A DNA stretch of 62,000 nucleotides from Octopus vulgaris (taxonomy: Eukaryota). Positions 42,150 through 54,869 of this stretch are shown here, one piece after another. Where the stretch lies: the NCBI GenBank assembly GCA_951406725.2, contig OX597822.1, positions 43,544,001 to 43,606,000 of the forward strand, read 5' to 3'. Position numbers and translations under genes: made by a program. Position 1 is the first letter of the stretch, and every line of letters begins with the position of its first letter. The notes below the pieces were generated by a model. It ran no database searches, had not been told where the DNA came from, and worked only from the letters and a program-made list of their open reading frames with translations.

Positions 42150-42960
42150 ACAATAAGACACCTACTCTAAAAACACTAACTTATGTACTCACATACAACC
42201 CCAGAAACAAAGAAACATTTAACATCTTTGCCCCAAATCTCCCAATACTCCATAAGGACCCGACGCTGAAGGCTATTTTACATACGCATAATACTATTAA
42301 AAGCAGTAGACAACCAAATACATTTGAGATCCTCACGAATGCTAAATTATTCTCAAGAATAACAGATGCAACAGTAAAACAATGTGGTCGACCTAACTGC
42401 GGAACAATCTTCTGGAAGGGCAAACATTCAAATTAAATCCAACTTCACTTGCGCCTCTGAAAACCTCCTTTATGTAATAAGATGCTCGGGCTGCTATAAA
42501 ACCTACACAGGTTCTACAAGAATGTCTATCCGACGAAGATGTAATGCTCACAGGCAACAGATATCTTCTCCACTATATGGCCAGATATATCTCAGTGAAC
42601 ACATTGACAGATGTGCAGAACAACTTCAACTACAATTCCTTATCTTCCTGTTATATCAGTTTGCTATTTGGACCTCAACTCAAGTGCGACTAAATAAAGA
42701 GACCTCGCTTATCAAAAAATATAAGCCAGATTGAAATATATTTACGAGTAAATATTTATCACGTGTATTGGATATAATATCGATATAAGCCAGACTCAAA
42801 TACAAATCAATATTAAAAATTTCAGATTAACCTCCCCTTCACTGAAAAATACCTTGTTTACCAATTATCCCTCCTAGCAAACCAAATCTCTAACTCCGAA
42901 TTGTATTCAACACTCAAACTTTGAAAAGCAATAGCGAAACCTGTTATTATGTTAGAAGAG
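42150..42960 (+). mobile_element. Penelope-like element 3' remnant (GIY-YIG endonuclease)
   Basis: QCGRPNCGT linker, NFTCASENLLYVIRCSGCYKTYTGSTR, SEHIDRC, RLNKETSLIKKYKPD; frameshifted. Confidence 0.8.
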
Positions 42961-43098
42961 AAAAGTCTTATTTTGTATAATATTGTATAATACTTTTGCT
43001 TTGATGATTCTTTAGTCTTGTAGAACAAATGTTTTTTTTCATTTTTTCTTTCTTTGAATATTCAACCACGTTGAATTAATAACCATCCTTTCTATCTC

Positions 43099-43159
<61 letters not shown>

Positions 43160-43994
43160 GTCAATGGACGCAAATTAATAGTTAGGTAGCAAGTGCTCAG
43201 ATAGGTTTGTCATTAAAACTACGGCCTAGACTTCAGCTGAAAGTGTGATGTTGTGGCTGCCTATCAGAGGTGGCTAGAAGGGTTTCTTCCTTGAGCAGAT
43301 TGACATAGATTAAATTATAAACAAACAACAACAAAAACTCCATTGGGTATCACTTGAAATGAACATTTGATTTAGATAGAGAATATAAACAGAGAGTCAT
43401 GTACGGCTCTTTCTGCATCATCCAAGTATATGTATCACCCTATTGAGAAATAATTTTTTTAAGCTGCGTACACCGTCATCAAGGAAGGAGAAGCCAGGGA
43501 GATGTAAAACTACGGGAATATCCCCAATCGCGGCTATTCGTATATTCCAGTTCATTAAGAATGAAGGAAGGATCAGAATAAGATAGGTACGCGTTCGGTG
43601 GTTCCATGATGAAAGAAATAACACAATTATAGGTAATGTTCGCTAGAAGTTACAAACGAGAATGTTCGGTGGTAATCCATGGCAAGGACATGTGAAAGTT
43701 TCCAGTTCCAGTTTTAAATAGAGAATGAAGGTTGAATAGAAATATTATGCTACAGTATGAAGGAGAAGGTCACAATAAGATGCGGTAGAGTAGCTATGCA
43801 CTAGTCAGTATAGAAGGAGTATGTATGTCGAGAGAGGTTAGGGGATATATGCATACAGACAGATAGATAAAGGGATGAATCATACCAGATATAAGCTGTC
43901 CTCCATTTAAGTGATCTCCAATGTTGGTCTGAGCCGGCAAAACTGGAAAGGGAGAGGTTGTGATGGTAATAAGGCGGTTGTAAAAGATAATGAA

Positions 43995-44360
43995 GATCAA
44001 AAGCTAAATATCAAAGGGCAAAGAAGATCAAAAGCTAAAGATCAAAGGCTAAAGAGACTGAAGATCAAAAGAGAAGATCAAAAGTTAAAGATTAAAAGTT
44101 AAGGATACTGACGATCAAAAGCGAAAGAAGATCAAAAGCTAAAGATCAAAAGTTAAAGATCAAAAGCTAAAGATCAAAAGCTAAAGATCGAAAGTTAAAG
44201 ATCAAAAGTTAAGAATTCTGACGATCAAAAGCGAAAGAAGATCAAAAGCTAAAGATCAAAAGTTAAAGATTAAAAGTTAAAGATTAAAAGTTAAGGATGC
44301 TGACGATCAAAAGCGAAAGAAGATGAACTGCTAAAGATACTGAAGATCGAAAGTTAAAGG
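43995..44360 (+). repeat. 14-bp minisatellite (AAAGATCAAAAG[C/T]T) with a higher-order unit
   Basis: Repeated 14-mers; AAGGATACTGACGATCAAAAGCGAAAGAAGAT variant recurs three times. Confidence 0.9.
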
Positions 44361-44454
44361 AGGCCTGATACTAATAGAAGTGAGTGGAGGCTTAAGGCTC
44401 GCCTGTATAAGTGGTGTTTCAAATACATTCTCATAATATGGATCTCAAACTTTG

Positions 44455-44650
44455 ACAAAAGTGCAAGTTAGGGGGCAAGTCGATTCCATAGACTCCAGGG
44501 CTCAACTGGTACTTATTATATCGATCCCGAGAGGATGAAAGGCAAAGTTGACCTCGGCAGCATTTGAACTCAGAACGTAACAGCGGACGAAATGCAGCAA
44601 AGAATTTTGCCCGGTGTGCTAACGATTCTGCCAGCTCACCGCCTTATAAG
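44455..44650 (-). mobile_element. SINE family S2
   Basis: GTTGACCTCGGCAGCATTTGAACTCAGAACGTAAC. Confidence 0.8.
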
Positions 44651-44875
44651 AGCCTATAATGTTAATTAAAAGCAAAACCAGTAGAGTGTGGATTCATTGG
44701 CAACAGAGGGATGAAAAGAAAAAATTCAAACTGACAAATAAAGAATAAGACGAAAATAAACATAAACACACGCACATATATTTGTTCGTCACTCGTTTAT
44801 TACTGTCCTTGTGCGTATGTGTGTGTGTATGCCTGTGTTTATGGATGTATGTAATCATATCTATCTATCTGTCTG

Positions 44876-44935
<60 letters not shown>

Positions 44936-44996
44936 CCATCTATCTATCTGTCTGTCTGTCTGTCTGTCTATCTCTCTATCTATCTATTTATCTATC

Positions 44997-45069
<73 letters not shown>

Positions 45070-45464
45070 TTGTCGGCCTATCTGTCTGTCTTTGTAACAG
45101 TCTGTTTGTCCGTCTATTTGTTTGCCTGTCTTCTATCTAGCTATCTCTCTCTCTATACATATATCTTTGGCTGTGTTTGTGTGTGTGCGTGTGGTGCATA
45201 TCCATTGGAGTAAGTGAAGCAAGAGCAGACACGAAAACGAAAAGTGTCGCTGAAGAGGTCACAGAGGTGTGACGAAAGACTTCCGGACAATGGAAATGAG
45301 TTAAAACAATAAAATAAGAACAGCAATATACGAATGAAAAACAAAAGGGTCATCCCAAAATAGAACAATATCTGTTTTAACACACGTTTTCACATCAGGA
45401 ATCTTGCAACAAAAATTGATAAATGTAAAAATCAATAAACAAATGAAGTCAGTTTATTTATTTA

Positions 45465-45545
45465 CGGGCATATGGCGTAGTGGTTGAGAGCGCGGGCTAC
45501 TAATTCTAAGATTTCGAGTTCGATTCCAGACAGTGAACTGAGTAA
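45465..45545 (+). mobile_element. Short tRNA-like SINE running into (TAA)n
   Basis: A box TGGCGTAGTGG, B box GAGTTCGATTCC, followed by TAATAAT repeats; acceptor stem does not pair as in a real tRNA. Confidence 0.6.
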
Positions 45546-46124
45546 TAATGATATTATTAATAATAATAATAATAATAATAATTATTATTATTATTAACGT
45601 CATCGTCGTTGTTGTTAATGTTAATATTATTAGTGTTATCACAAGAGTTATTATTATAATCACTCTCATTACGATAGTTATTAGCGCTAATAATAGGACC
45701 ACTGTAACTAGTACTCTCGTAAACAAGATTGCTATGATGATTTCTGTTGCTAGGGTTAATAGTAATATCATAGTTATGATAGTTGTTGTTGTTGTTGTTG
45801 TTATTATCATTATCATCATCATCATATCTATTATTCTCCTTAGTAGTGTTTTGTTGGCGATGGCTATTAAACTTGCGCTTATTAGATGTGGCTATAATGG
45901 ATTCAATGCTCATCGCAGAACAGTAAGATAATTTGAGGATGGAACGATTGAAGAATACTCGTCTGATGGTCTCCTTACTCAATATAATGATCCACAAGCT
46001 TGGCTATGTTAGAAACAGCTGTAAGAGACAGTATATTTATACTTTCTATCTAAATTAAATGTCATTTTCAAGTGATGTACACACATTTTGCTTTTTTATT
46101 CTTGCTTTAATCTATTTATCTATC

Positions 46125-46189
<65 letters not shown>

Positions 46190-46221
46190 ATATATACATA
46201 CATATATACATACATACATAA

Positions 46222-46267
<46 letters not shown>

Positions 46268-46412
46268 CATAAGGGACTAAAGCCATCTGAATATGGCTAG
46301 GGACAGGGCAGGGTGGTGGGGGTGTTACTGTTGCATTTAGCCCCAGGCGAACATCGACGTCACCAGATAGGCCCGACACCGTCACGGTGTCCTTTAACCT
46401 GCAAAGGGAGGT

Positions 46413-46508
46413 AATTCCCCGATGAAGCGGAAACCACACACGGACCATGGTTTCAAGGTGTATTGCCTATCGTCGGCGTGTGGTAGGCTTCCGCTTCCTC
46501 GACGAATT
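46413..46508 (-). ncRNA. Type I hammerhead ribozyme (U4C core)
   Basis: Reverse complement of the 47179-47274 motif. Confidence 0.75.
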
Positions 46509-46817
46509 CTCACTCTGCAGGATATTCATATATAGATTTTCAAGCAAAATACATTTGCTGATTTCGAAAATCTGTTCGAAAGCAATAATAATTCTCTAAA
46601 AGAGATATAGACAGTAACTGCTCGATAACATAAGGGACTAAAGCCATCTGAATATGGCTAGGGACAGGGCAGATTCAGATGGCTTTAGTCCCTTATGTTA
46701 TCGAGCAGTTACTGTCTATATCTCTTTTAGAGAATTATTATTGCTTTCGAACAGATTTTCGAAATCAGCAAATGTATTTTGCTTGAAAATCTATATATGA
46801 ATATCCTGCAGAGTGAG

Positions 46818-46913
46818 AATTCGTCGAGGAAGCGGAAGCCTACCACACGCCGACGATAGGCAATACACCATGAAACCATGGTCCGTGTGTGGTTTCCGCT
46901 TCATCGGGGAATT
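46818..46913 (+). ncRNA. Type I hammerhead ribozyme (U4C core)
   Basis: CCGACGA 46850-46856, GAAAC 46872-46876, palindromic stem III ACCATGGT, GTC ending 46883, ~30-bp interrupted stem I; stem II has an extra mismatch in this copy. Confidence 0.7.
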
Positions 46914-47178
46914 ACCTCCCTTTGCAGGTTAAAGGACACCGTGACGGTGTCGGGCCTATCTGGTGACGTCGATGTTCGCCTGGGGCTAAATGCAACAGTA
47001 ACACCCCCACCACCCTGCCCTGTCCCTAGCCATATTCAGATGGCTTTAGTCCCTTATGTTATCGAGCAGTTACTGTCTATATCTCTTTTAGAGAATTATT
47101 ATTGCTTTCGAACAGATTTTCGAAATCAGCAAATGTATTTTGCTTGAAAATCTATATATGAATATCCTGCAGAGTGAG

Positions 47179-47274
47179 AATTCGTCGAGGAAGCAGAAGC
47201 CTACCACACGCCGACGATAGGCAATACACCTTGAAACCATGGTCCGTGTGTGGTTTCCGCTTCATCGGGGAATT
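47179..47274 (+). ncRNA. Type I hammerhead ribozyme (U4C core)
   Basis: CCACACG-CCGACGA-TAGGCAATACACCTT-GAAAC-CATG-GTC-CGTGTG; predicted cleavage after 47244. Confidence 0.75.
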
Positions 47275-47465
47275 ACCTCCCTTTGCAGGTTAAAGGACAC
47301 CGTGACGGTGTCGGGCCTATCTGGTGACGTCGATGTTCGCCTGGGGCTAAATGCAACAGTAACACCCCTACCAACCTGCCCTGTCCCTAGCCATATTCAG
47401 ATGGCTTTAGTCCCTTATGTTATCGAGCAGTTACTGTCTATATCTCTTTTAGAGAATTATTATTG

Positions 47466-47503
<38 letters not shown>

Positions 47504-47992
47504 TACTACTTTCAGTCATTAAACGCCAGGCATGCAGGGGCAAAGTGTTAAAGAATTTTAGTCGAATGAAGGGAGAGAGAGAGAAAAAAAAAAGGAAGAG
47601 AAAAGGACGTGATAGAAAGAGAGCGAGAGATAGAAAGGAAAGTGAAATGCAGATAAGCAGATAAACAGACATAGCGAGAGATAAACAGGGAAAGCAAATA
47701 TTAAGAATTTATTTTTGTCTTTCGAGCAAATGGCCTTAAAAATGTAAACGATTGACATTGACAGAAAAGGTTCGAGGAAAGAAAATAAACAGTGGGAAAC
47801 CTGTTAGGTGAAGCAGAAAGCCGAATAATGAAATACACAACACAGACAGACAGACAGACGGACATACACACACAGACAGATTTTATAGTAGGAAAGATGG
47901 CTGCATTTAGTGTATGACCGGAAGTAGCGAGGATCGTCGGTATTTACAGGTTTTGTTATTCTTCCTACTTCCTCTATTCCATGGCTATTATT

Positions 47993-48031
<39 letters not shown>

Positions 48032-48274
48032 AGTAGTAGTAGCAGTAACAGTAGTGGTAGAGGAGGGGTAAGGAGTCGTCTTTTGGTTGATGATGATGAT
48101 GATGACGATGATAATGATGTTTGTGATACTCCTGCTCTATTTCTCTCGTCATCTTTTCTCCATGTATACATGTTTTCATATTTTGTTGTTCGTTTCTTCT
48201 TCTTCTTCTTCTTCTTCTTCTTCTTCTTCTTCTTCTTCTTCTTCTTCTTCTTCTTCTTCTTCTTCTTCTTCTAC

Positions 48275-48317
<43 letters not shown>

Positions 48318-48318
<1 letters not shown>

Positions 48319-48760
48319 GAGTCGGAGAGCAGTGCATGCCATCAAAGTGACACTGGGGTAATATATACGAAGTTCAGTATACACATCACGACTACCTGTC
48401 TGATAAGGGTACTCTAGGCACATGCATCACAACCATATTTGCGCGATATAGTGATCCCATAGCACATGACCTTGCAGGTGGGGGCCAAGTTAGAATTTTC
48501 TTCTGGCCGAGTAACCCATCCCGCTCCAAAGGTCCCTAAATAAGAGTTGTTTAAGGATGTTGAACGAAACACCCCTGTTTCCAGAGATGAATTATTCAAA
48601 CCCCAAAGAATCCCTCTCAACACTGACAAGCAAATCTGTGGTATTGAGCAGAATATTTGCTGTAGCCCATCTTTTATACCAAGACAAAACAATATACATG
48701 ATAACACTTCCAATCAGTTAAGATCAGAAGCCACTGCCTGGTACTGCACCAGGGCATCTA
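48318..48760 (-). repeat. Non-coding segment bounded on both sides by (TTA)n, probably a LINE 3' region
   Basis: Sharp borders into (TTA)n at both ends; no convincing ORF; family not assignable from sequence alone. Confidence 0.35.
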
Positions 48761-48766
48761 TTATTA

Positions 48767-48806
<40 letters not shown>

Positions 48807-48831
48807 TTTTTTTATTATCATCATCATAATC

Positions 48832-49030
48832 AAGGCGGCGACGGGCAGAATCGTTAACACGCTGGATGAAATACTTAGCAGCCTTTCGCCCGTCTTTACA
48901 TTCTGAGTTTAAATTCTGCCTTTCATCCTTTCGGAGTCGATAAATGAGGTACCAGGGAAACACTAAGGTCGATGTAATCGACTTGCCCCCTCTCACAAAA
49001 TGTTTCGGGCCTTGCGCCTTTAGTAGAAAG
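48832..49030 (+). mobile_element. SINE family S2
   Basis: AAGGCGGCGACGGGCAGAATCGTTAACACGC...TTACATTCTGAGTTTAAATTC. Confidence 0.8.
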
Positions 49031-49041
49031 GATTATTATTA

Positions 49042-49129
<88 letters not shown>

Positions 49130-49526
49130 CATTATTATTATTATCATTATTATTGCCAAAACATCATATTGGAGACAATGTTGGTTTTGATTTTGCCTGG
49201 AATTGAACAAATGTGTCTGTTGATTGCAGAATATAATCCTACTAATCTTCTGATTCTTCTAGATGCATCAACGCACATTACACGCCACTCAGATAGATCT
49301 GGATAATAATGTTTTCAGGGTGTTCAATTAAGCTGTATAAATTTTAGTGTTTGTCTCAAATTATCCTTATAGCTGACCAGAGTTCTCCCTTTGCCACGGA
49401 ATCACTGTACTTGTTGATCATATTAAAGAATTCTCGGAATGCGATCAGTCCATTGCACTGAATACTCAACAGCTTGCTTTCGATATAGGAGATATCACAA
49501 CTTAAAATAAATTTGGGACTATAGAT

Positions 49527-49671
49527 GCAGGAGTGGCTGTGTGGTAAGTAGCATGGTTCTGGCGTCAGTCTTGCGGCGTGGTACCTTGGGCAAGTGTCTT
49601 CTATTATAGCTTCGGGCCGACCAAAGCCCTGTGAGTGGATTTGGTGGTCGGAAATTGAAAGAAGCCCATCG

Positions 49672-49730
<59 letters not shown>

Positions 49731-50242
49731 GTATATATATATGTATATATATATATATGTATGTATATATTTATGTATGTATATATTTATGTATGTATAT
49801 ATAAAGGGAGAATTCACAAAAAAAAAACAAAAGACGAAGAGAGATGGTGTAGACAACAAACAGATGTCTTAGTATAACACTAAGTGAAAAATCATTTAAC
49901 GTTTCGAGCCTACGCTCTTGCACAGAAAGGAACACAGGAAGAAACAAGGAGAGAAAATAAAGAACGTGTAGTGGCTAGCGATCTATCATGCCGAATGCCG
50001 AACAGAAGGGTCACACAGGAGAGCTAGGGAGAAGGGGAGATGTACATGATTGTTTGTCTGTGTTTGTTCCCTAATCATCACTTGACAACCGATGCTGGTG
50101 TGTTTATGCCGTAGTAACTTAGCGGTTCAACGAAAGATACCTGTAGAATAAGCACTAGGTTTACAAAGAATAAGTTCTGGGGTCGATTTATTCGACTAAA
50201 GGCGGTATACCAGCATGGCCACATCAAATGACTGAAACAAAT
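49527..50242 (+). mobile_element. SINE family S1 split at its internal (TA)n by a ~235-bp insert (49805-50040)
   Basis: Head 49527-49675, 3' half 50050-50242; insert carries a minus-strand GAGC-GTAG-GCTC-GAAAC-GTT-A motif. Confidence 0.75.
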
Positions 50243-50269
50243 AATTGGGTAAAACAGAATGTGATATCT

Positions 50270-50710
50270 TACTTTGCGCAGATATTAAGCAGATAGTGCA
50301 CGTGAAAGTTTTCAAGTTTCCTTACGTTTGTTGATGGGTGTCCATACTTCTGCGACAGAGAAATTGTGCTCAAAATACAAAATTTGTATATGCTTATTAT
50401 AGTTTTCAAACTTACATTGTATTCATCTCACAAACGATGGAAACGTTTTTCACAAGCAACTGCAGCTGTAGATATTCTAATATTGATTTCATCATCAAAA
50501 GTACTTTTAAAATCCACTGCAGTTCCAACATATTTAAATGACCTGACCCATTTGAGTGGCTTATTGTCAATCATCACATTTTTATCTTGAGTATCTGTCG
50601 TGTCCGGCTTTGGATCAAACAAAACTTCAGTCTTCTTAATTCTGATAGACAACCCAAATGCACGATCATCTGCTGCAGAAAGCCAGGCAACTGTTTCTTG
50701 AATCCCTTCA
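50270..50710 (-). mobile_element. RTE-like LINE fragment (RT C-terminal part)
   Basis: FGLSIRIKKTEVLFDPKP...IDNKPLKWVRSFKYVGTAVDFKSTFDDEINIRISTA, typical of RTE post-YADD region. Confidence 0.75.
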
Positions 50711-50724
50711 AATAATAATTTTTT

Positions 50725-50868
50725 GCCACAAGGGCAGCTTGGGGGAGGTGGGGATTAGCCGATTACACCGACCCAGTGTTTCACTGGTATTTAATTTATC
50801 GACTCCGAAAGGATGAAAGGCATAGTCGACCTCGGCGGAATTTGAACTCAGAACGTAGCGATAGGCGA

Positions 50869-50870
<2 letters not shown>
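50725..50870 (-). mobile_element. SINE family S2
   Basis: GTCGACCTCGGCGGAATTTGAACTCAGAACGTAGC, abutting (TAA)n. Confidence 0.8.
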
Positions 50871-50952
<82 letters not shown>

Positions 50953-50965
50953 TATAATAATAATA

Positions 50966-51029
<64 letters not shown>

Positions 51030-51556
51030 GAATTAAACGCCACTGTCATGGCTGGAATACCTCTCGTCATGGGTTATCTTTAATCGGTTCTTATGCACGG
51101 CAATAACAGAACAATAACAAAATAACTATAAAAGAAACAACACTAATAAAAATGTGATTTGAAAATTTCAAATCAGACAAAACTAAATATAAAACACCAG
51201 AACAAATAACAGAGAAATGTAAGATTTGCGTCCGTTTTATATTGATTTTTTTGGTCTGAGTTTCACGGAAGAACATAAAGTAAATTATAGATTTGTTTGT
51301 CTAATTTAGTAGAATAATTTTACTGTTGTATGACTTCGGTACATTTGATACAATTCGTCTTTAATTTAGTTCTCTCTCTCTCCTCTCCCTCTTTCTTTCT
51401 TCCTTTCACTCTCCACCTCCCTCTCTCTCTCCTTCTGTCTCCCCTACCCCCGCAGACCCAGTGAAGTAAACAAAACTAAGAGTATATATTAAATATTACT
51501 TTGTGGTATTTATTTTAGTTCTAATTTAGAGAGAAGCTTGGAAGTACTAATTAGAA

Positions 51557-51614
<58 letters not shown>

Positions 51615-52241
51615 AATATACATAGATACATACATGTATGTATATGTATATATACACGAGTACGTATATATATATATGTATTATATGTATACATATACAC
51701 AAGTACGTATGAATATATATGTAAATATATATATGCACATATATATACATACGTATACACACACAGACATCTATATATATTTAAATATATGTATGTATAT
51801 GTGTGTGTATGTGTATGCAAACTCTATATGACTGTGATTAAATGGCTATCTTTTAACAACTTATAGTTACCTTTCATTATTTCAACATATGAAAATTAGC
51901 AAACGCGTGTGCCATACGTAATCCCATAGTTATGCTGTTTGTATCAATACGGATGAGTCTGACAATACAGCTGCGAAATAAAAATACGGTGTTGTTCACA
52001 ATGTATAATTTCATGGGTGTGTTCCGTGAAATAAATAGATGCTTTATTGGATGTTTTGTATTTCATGATGACATATATTAACATGACAAAGCAAAGATTT
52101 ATGAAGGATTCTTTCGCGTCTAATGATGTGTCGTTGACTTATAAAGACAATTGCCAACTTTGCAAGAAATATTTTTCGTTATATTCCGGCATCTGATACA
52201 AAATGTCGTGCGGAATGTGGAACGAGGGCCATTTCAACGAT

Positions 52242-52290
<49 letters not shown>

Positions 52291-52304
52291 CAACAATAAC
52301 AGCA

Positions 52305-53128
52305 AACAAGCTGATGTCGTCCAGAAACACACGCATCAATAGTTACGAAGCTCAGGGCTAAAAGCAGAGAGTGAAACTTTCATATTAGCTGCTGAAGACC
52401 AAAGCTTATTAACCCGGGACTACCAAGCCAATGTGATAAAAAATGGAGCTGAACTAAAATGCCGATTCTGTAACGATGAGATTGAAACTATTGACCATCT
52501 CACCTCAGGGTGTAGAGTCTTAGCAACTGTAGAATATAAAGCAAGACATGACAGAGTAGGCCAGTATTTACACTGGATAATATGTCGGCATTATAAAATC
52601 AAAACCGCTCACAAATGGTATAAACACCATCCTGAAGCTGTGGCATAGGGAGAAAATGTGTCGATTTTATGGGCTAATAAACCGGATATTGTTATAAAAG
52701 ATCAGATAAAAAAGGTGTGTTTATTAATTGAGTATTCCTTGCGGTCACAATATAGCGGCGAATGAATTTGCCAAGATCAGTAAATATAAAGACTTGCTAA
52801 TAGAAATTGAAAAAAGTGTGGCATCCCAAGGTGACTACAGTACCAGTGATTGTAGGATCTCCAGGAATGATAAAAAAAAAGGTACTGAAACCTATTTGAA
52901 AATGCTACCAGGTTTACCATCCCAATAGGAAATGCTAAAAATCATGTTACCTGGAACAACTCATGTACTGCGAAGGGTATTATCTCTGTGAAAATAATAT
53001 CCATTCGTGAATTTATATATTTATTAATTTTTTTTTAAATACATATTTTACCTGTGAATATGCGTGTGTTATCTGAGAATGCATACAATGCATACACTCG
53101 GCGAGAAATGGAAGAAAATTTGAAGAAA
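52305..53128 (+). mobile_element. R4/Dong-like LINE 3' fragment between (TAA)n arrays
   Basis: LKAESETFILAAEDQSL, CRFCNDEIETIDHLTSGC (CCHC), RHDRV, NKPDIVI...KISKYKDL (restriction-like endonuclease). Confidence 0.85.
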
Positions 53129-53144
53129 TAATAATAATAAAATG

Positions 53145-53297
<153 letters not shown>

Positions 53298-53303
53298 ACA
53301 ATA

Positions 53304-53420
53304 AACCGCTCGAATACTCCGGAAGGTGACCGAAAAATAAGAGGTGTTATCTTAGTTCACTAGTGGTGAACAGCTGACACTGTACTACATCTCCAGCATC
53401 AGAAGCTATGCAAAGGCAAT
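53304..53420 (+). mobile_element. R4/Dong-like extreme 3' end between (TAA)n arrays
   Basis: Homologous to 54736-54845 (CGAATACTCCG.AAGGTG...AGTTCACTAGT.GTGAACA...AGAAGCT.TGCAAAG). Confidence 0.75.
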
Positions 53421-53436
53421 AATAATAATAATAATC

Positions 53437-53481
<45 letters not shown>

Positions 53482-53497
53482 TAATAATGATAATGAC

Positions 53498-53565
<68 letters not shown>

Positions 53566-53584
53566 CAACAACAACCACAACACA

Positions 53585-54220
53585 ATATCAACACTTTCTT
53601 ACAAAAAACTACCAGGCTAACGTTCTTCAAATTGGTTCTGACTCTAAAGGCAGACTCTATGATACATTTGACGACGCATTAGATCATATCGTCTAGGGGT
53701 TTCCTTTGATGCTATCACCAAACGAATACAAAAACCGGCACCATAGGGTGGGGCAATATTTACATTGAAAAAAATGTAAACACTACATAATCAGTACTCC
53801 TGCTTACTGGTATGAACATCTCCCTGAGCTTGCCTTTGAAGGTAAAAATGTCACTATCCTCTGAGATTTTCCAGTCAACCAACACCGACAGAACGATTCA
53901 GTCTAATCGACCCGACAAAATTATTAAAGATGGGCAAGAAAATACTTGTGGACTAATAAATAGATGTAAGTGTTCTCACTGATGAAAATATAATTGTAAA
54001 AGAATTTAACAAATTATGTAAATATAAGGACCTGTAAACTTAAATGCAAAAGATGTGATATATTAAAACAAGAACTGTTCCTGTTATTATAGGTACCTTA
54101 TGTATGATAAAAAAGGGAAGTAGAAACATGTAGATAACATCCCAAGCGAGCCATGTCTCAGAGAAATCCACAAGATTTCTGACAAGGACTGCCCACATCC
54201 TTAGAAAAACCTATCCATAT
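53585..54220 (+). mobile_element. R4/Dong-like 3' fragment, degenerate
   Basis: TKNYQANVLQ, EYKNRHHRVGQYLH, NRPDKII, KYKDL remnants. Confidence 0.7.
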
Positions 54221-54229
54221 AAATTGTGT

Positions 54230-54860
54230 AAGATGGAATATTGCAAAGATAAAGCACTGTACAAGCACTTGAGAGTGAATGAAACTGAAAATAGGTAGAT
54301 AAAGAAAAGAATGCATGGACAATTTTATAGGGATGCTGAACATAAGACAGAAAGAGAAAAAAGATGCATATGGATTATTAAAGTGACTTAAACAGAAAAC
54401 GGAGGCTCTAATTTTTGCTGCCCAAGAGCAAGAATTAAGAACCAATTACATCAAATGCAGAATAGATAACACATCAGGGAGTGATAAATGCAGAATTTGT
54501 GGACAAAATGGTGAAACCATACGGCGTATAACGCATCAATGTACGCCACTAGCCCAGAATGAATATAAGAGACATCATAGCAAAGGTTAGGCAGTTGTGG
54601 TCGCTGAAAAAGGTGGTAATAGTACCTATAACTGTCGGAACCCTGGTAACAGAGAATAAAAATTTTGAAAAGTACATGAAACAAATAGAGGCTGCAATAA
54701 GGGTGGGGCACTTGCAGAAAACAGCAATGCTTGGAACCGCACGAATACTCCGAAGGTGCTAAAAAAATAACGGATGTTACTTCAGTTCACTAGTAGTGAA
54801 CACCTGGCACCGTAGTACATCTGCAGCATTAGAAGCTGTGCAAAGACAACAACAGCAATA
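54230..54860 (+). mobile_element. R4/Dong-like 3' fragment with internal deletion
   Basis: KRMHGQFYR, TEALIFAAQEQ, DKCRICGQNGET, VPITVGTL, LQKTAMLGTARILRR; ends into AAC/AAT repeats. Confidence 0.8.
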
Positions 54861-54869
54861 ATAATATGA

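Larger units (their letters stand above)
46264..47467. mobile_element. 361-bp tandem repeat with fold-back, one hammerhead per unit, inserted in (TA)n; retrozyme-like
   Basis: 46264-46672 is 1.13 units on minus, 46673-47467 is 2.2 units on plus; period 361; arms 46264-46653 and 46673-47062 with 19-nt loop. Confidence 0.92.

Noticed and set aside
44100-44335. CTGACGA...GAAA in the minisatellite as a hammerhead
   Set aside because: Neither stem I nor stem II pairs; coincidental.
45465-45530. Functional tRNA gene
   Set aside because: A/B boxes present but the cloverleaf does not pair; runs into (TAA)n like a SINE.
46415-46455. Second hammerhead on the opposite strand (CCGATGA-AGCG-GAAAC)
   Set aside because: It is the complement of the stem I arm; no stem I can form around it.
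46116-47664. Repeated [11 protein letters not shown]... ORFs
   Set aside because: They arise from the 361-bp repeat, start inside the ribozyme stem III and resemble no TE protein I recognise.
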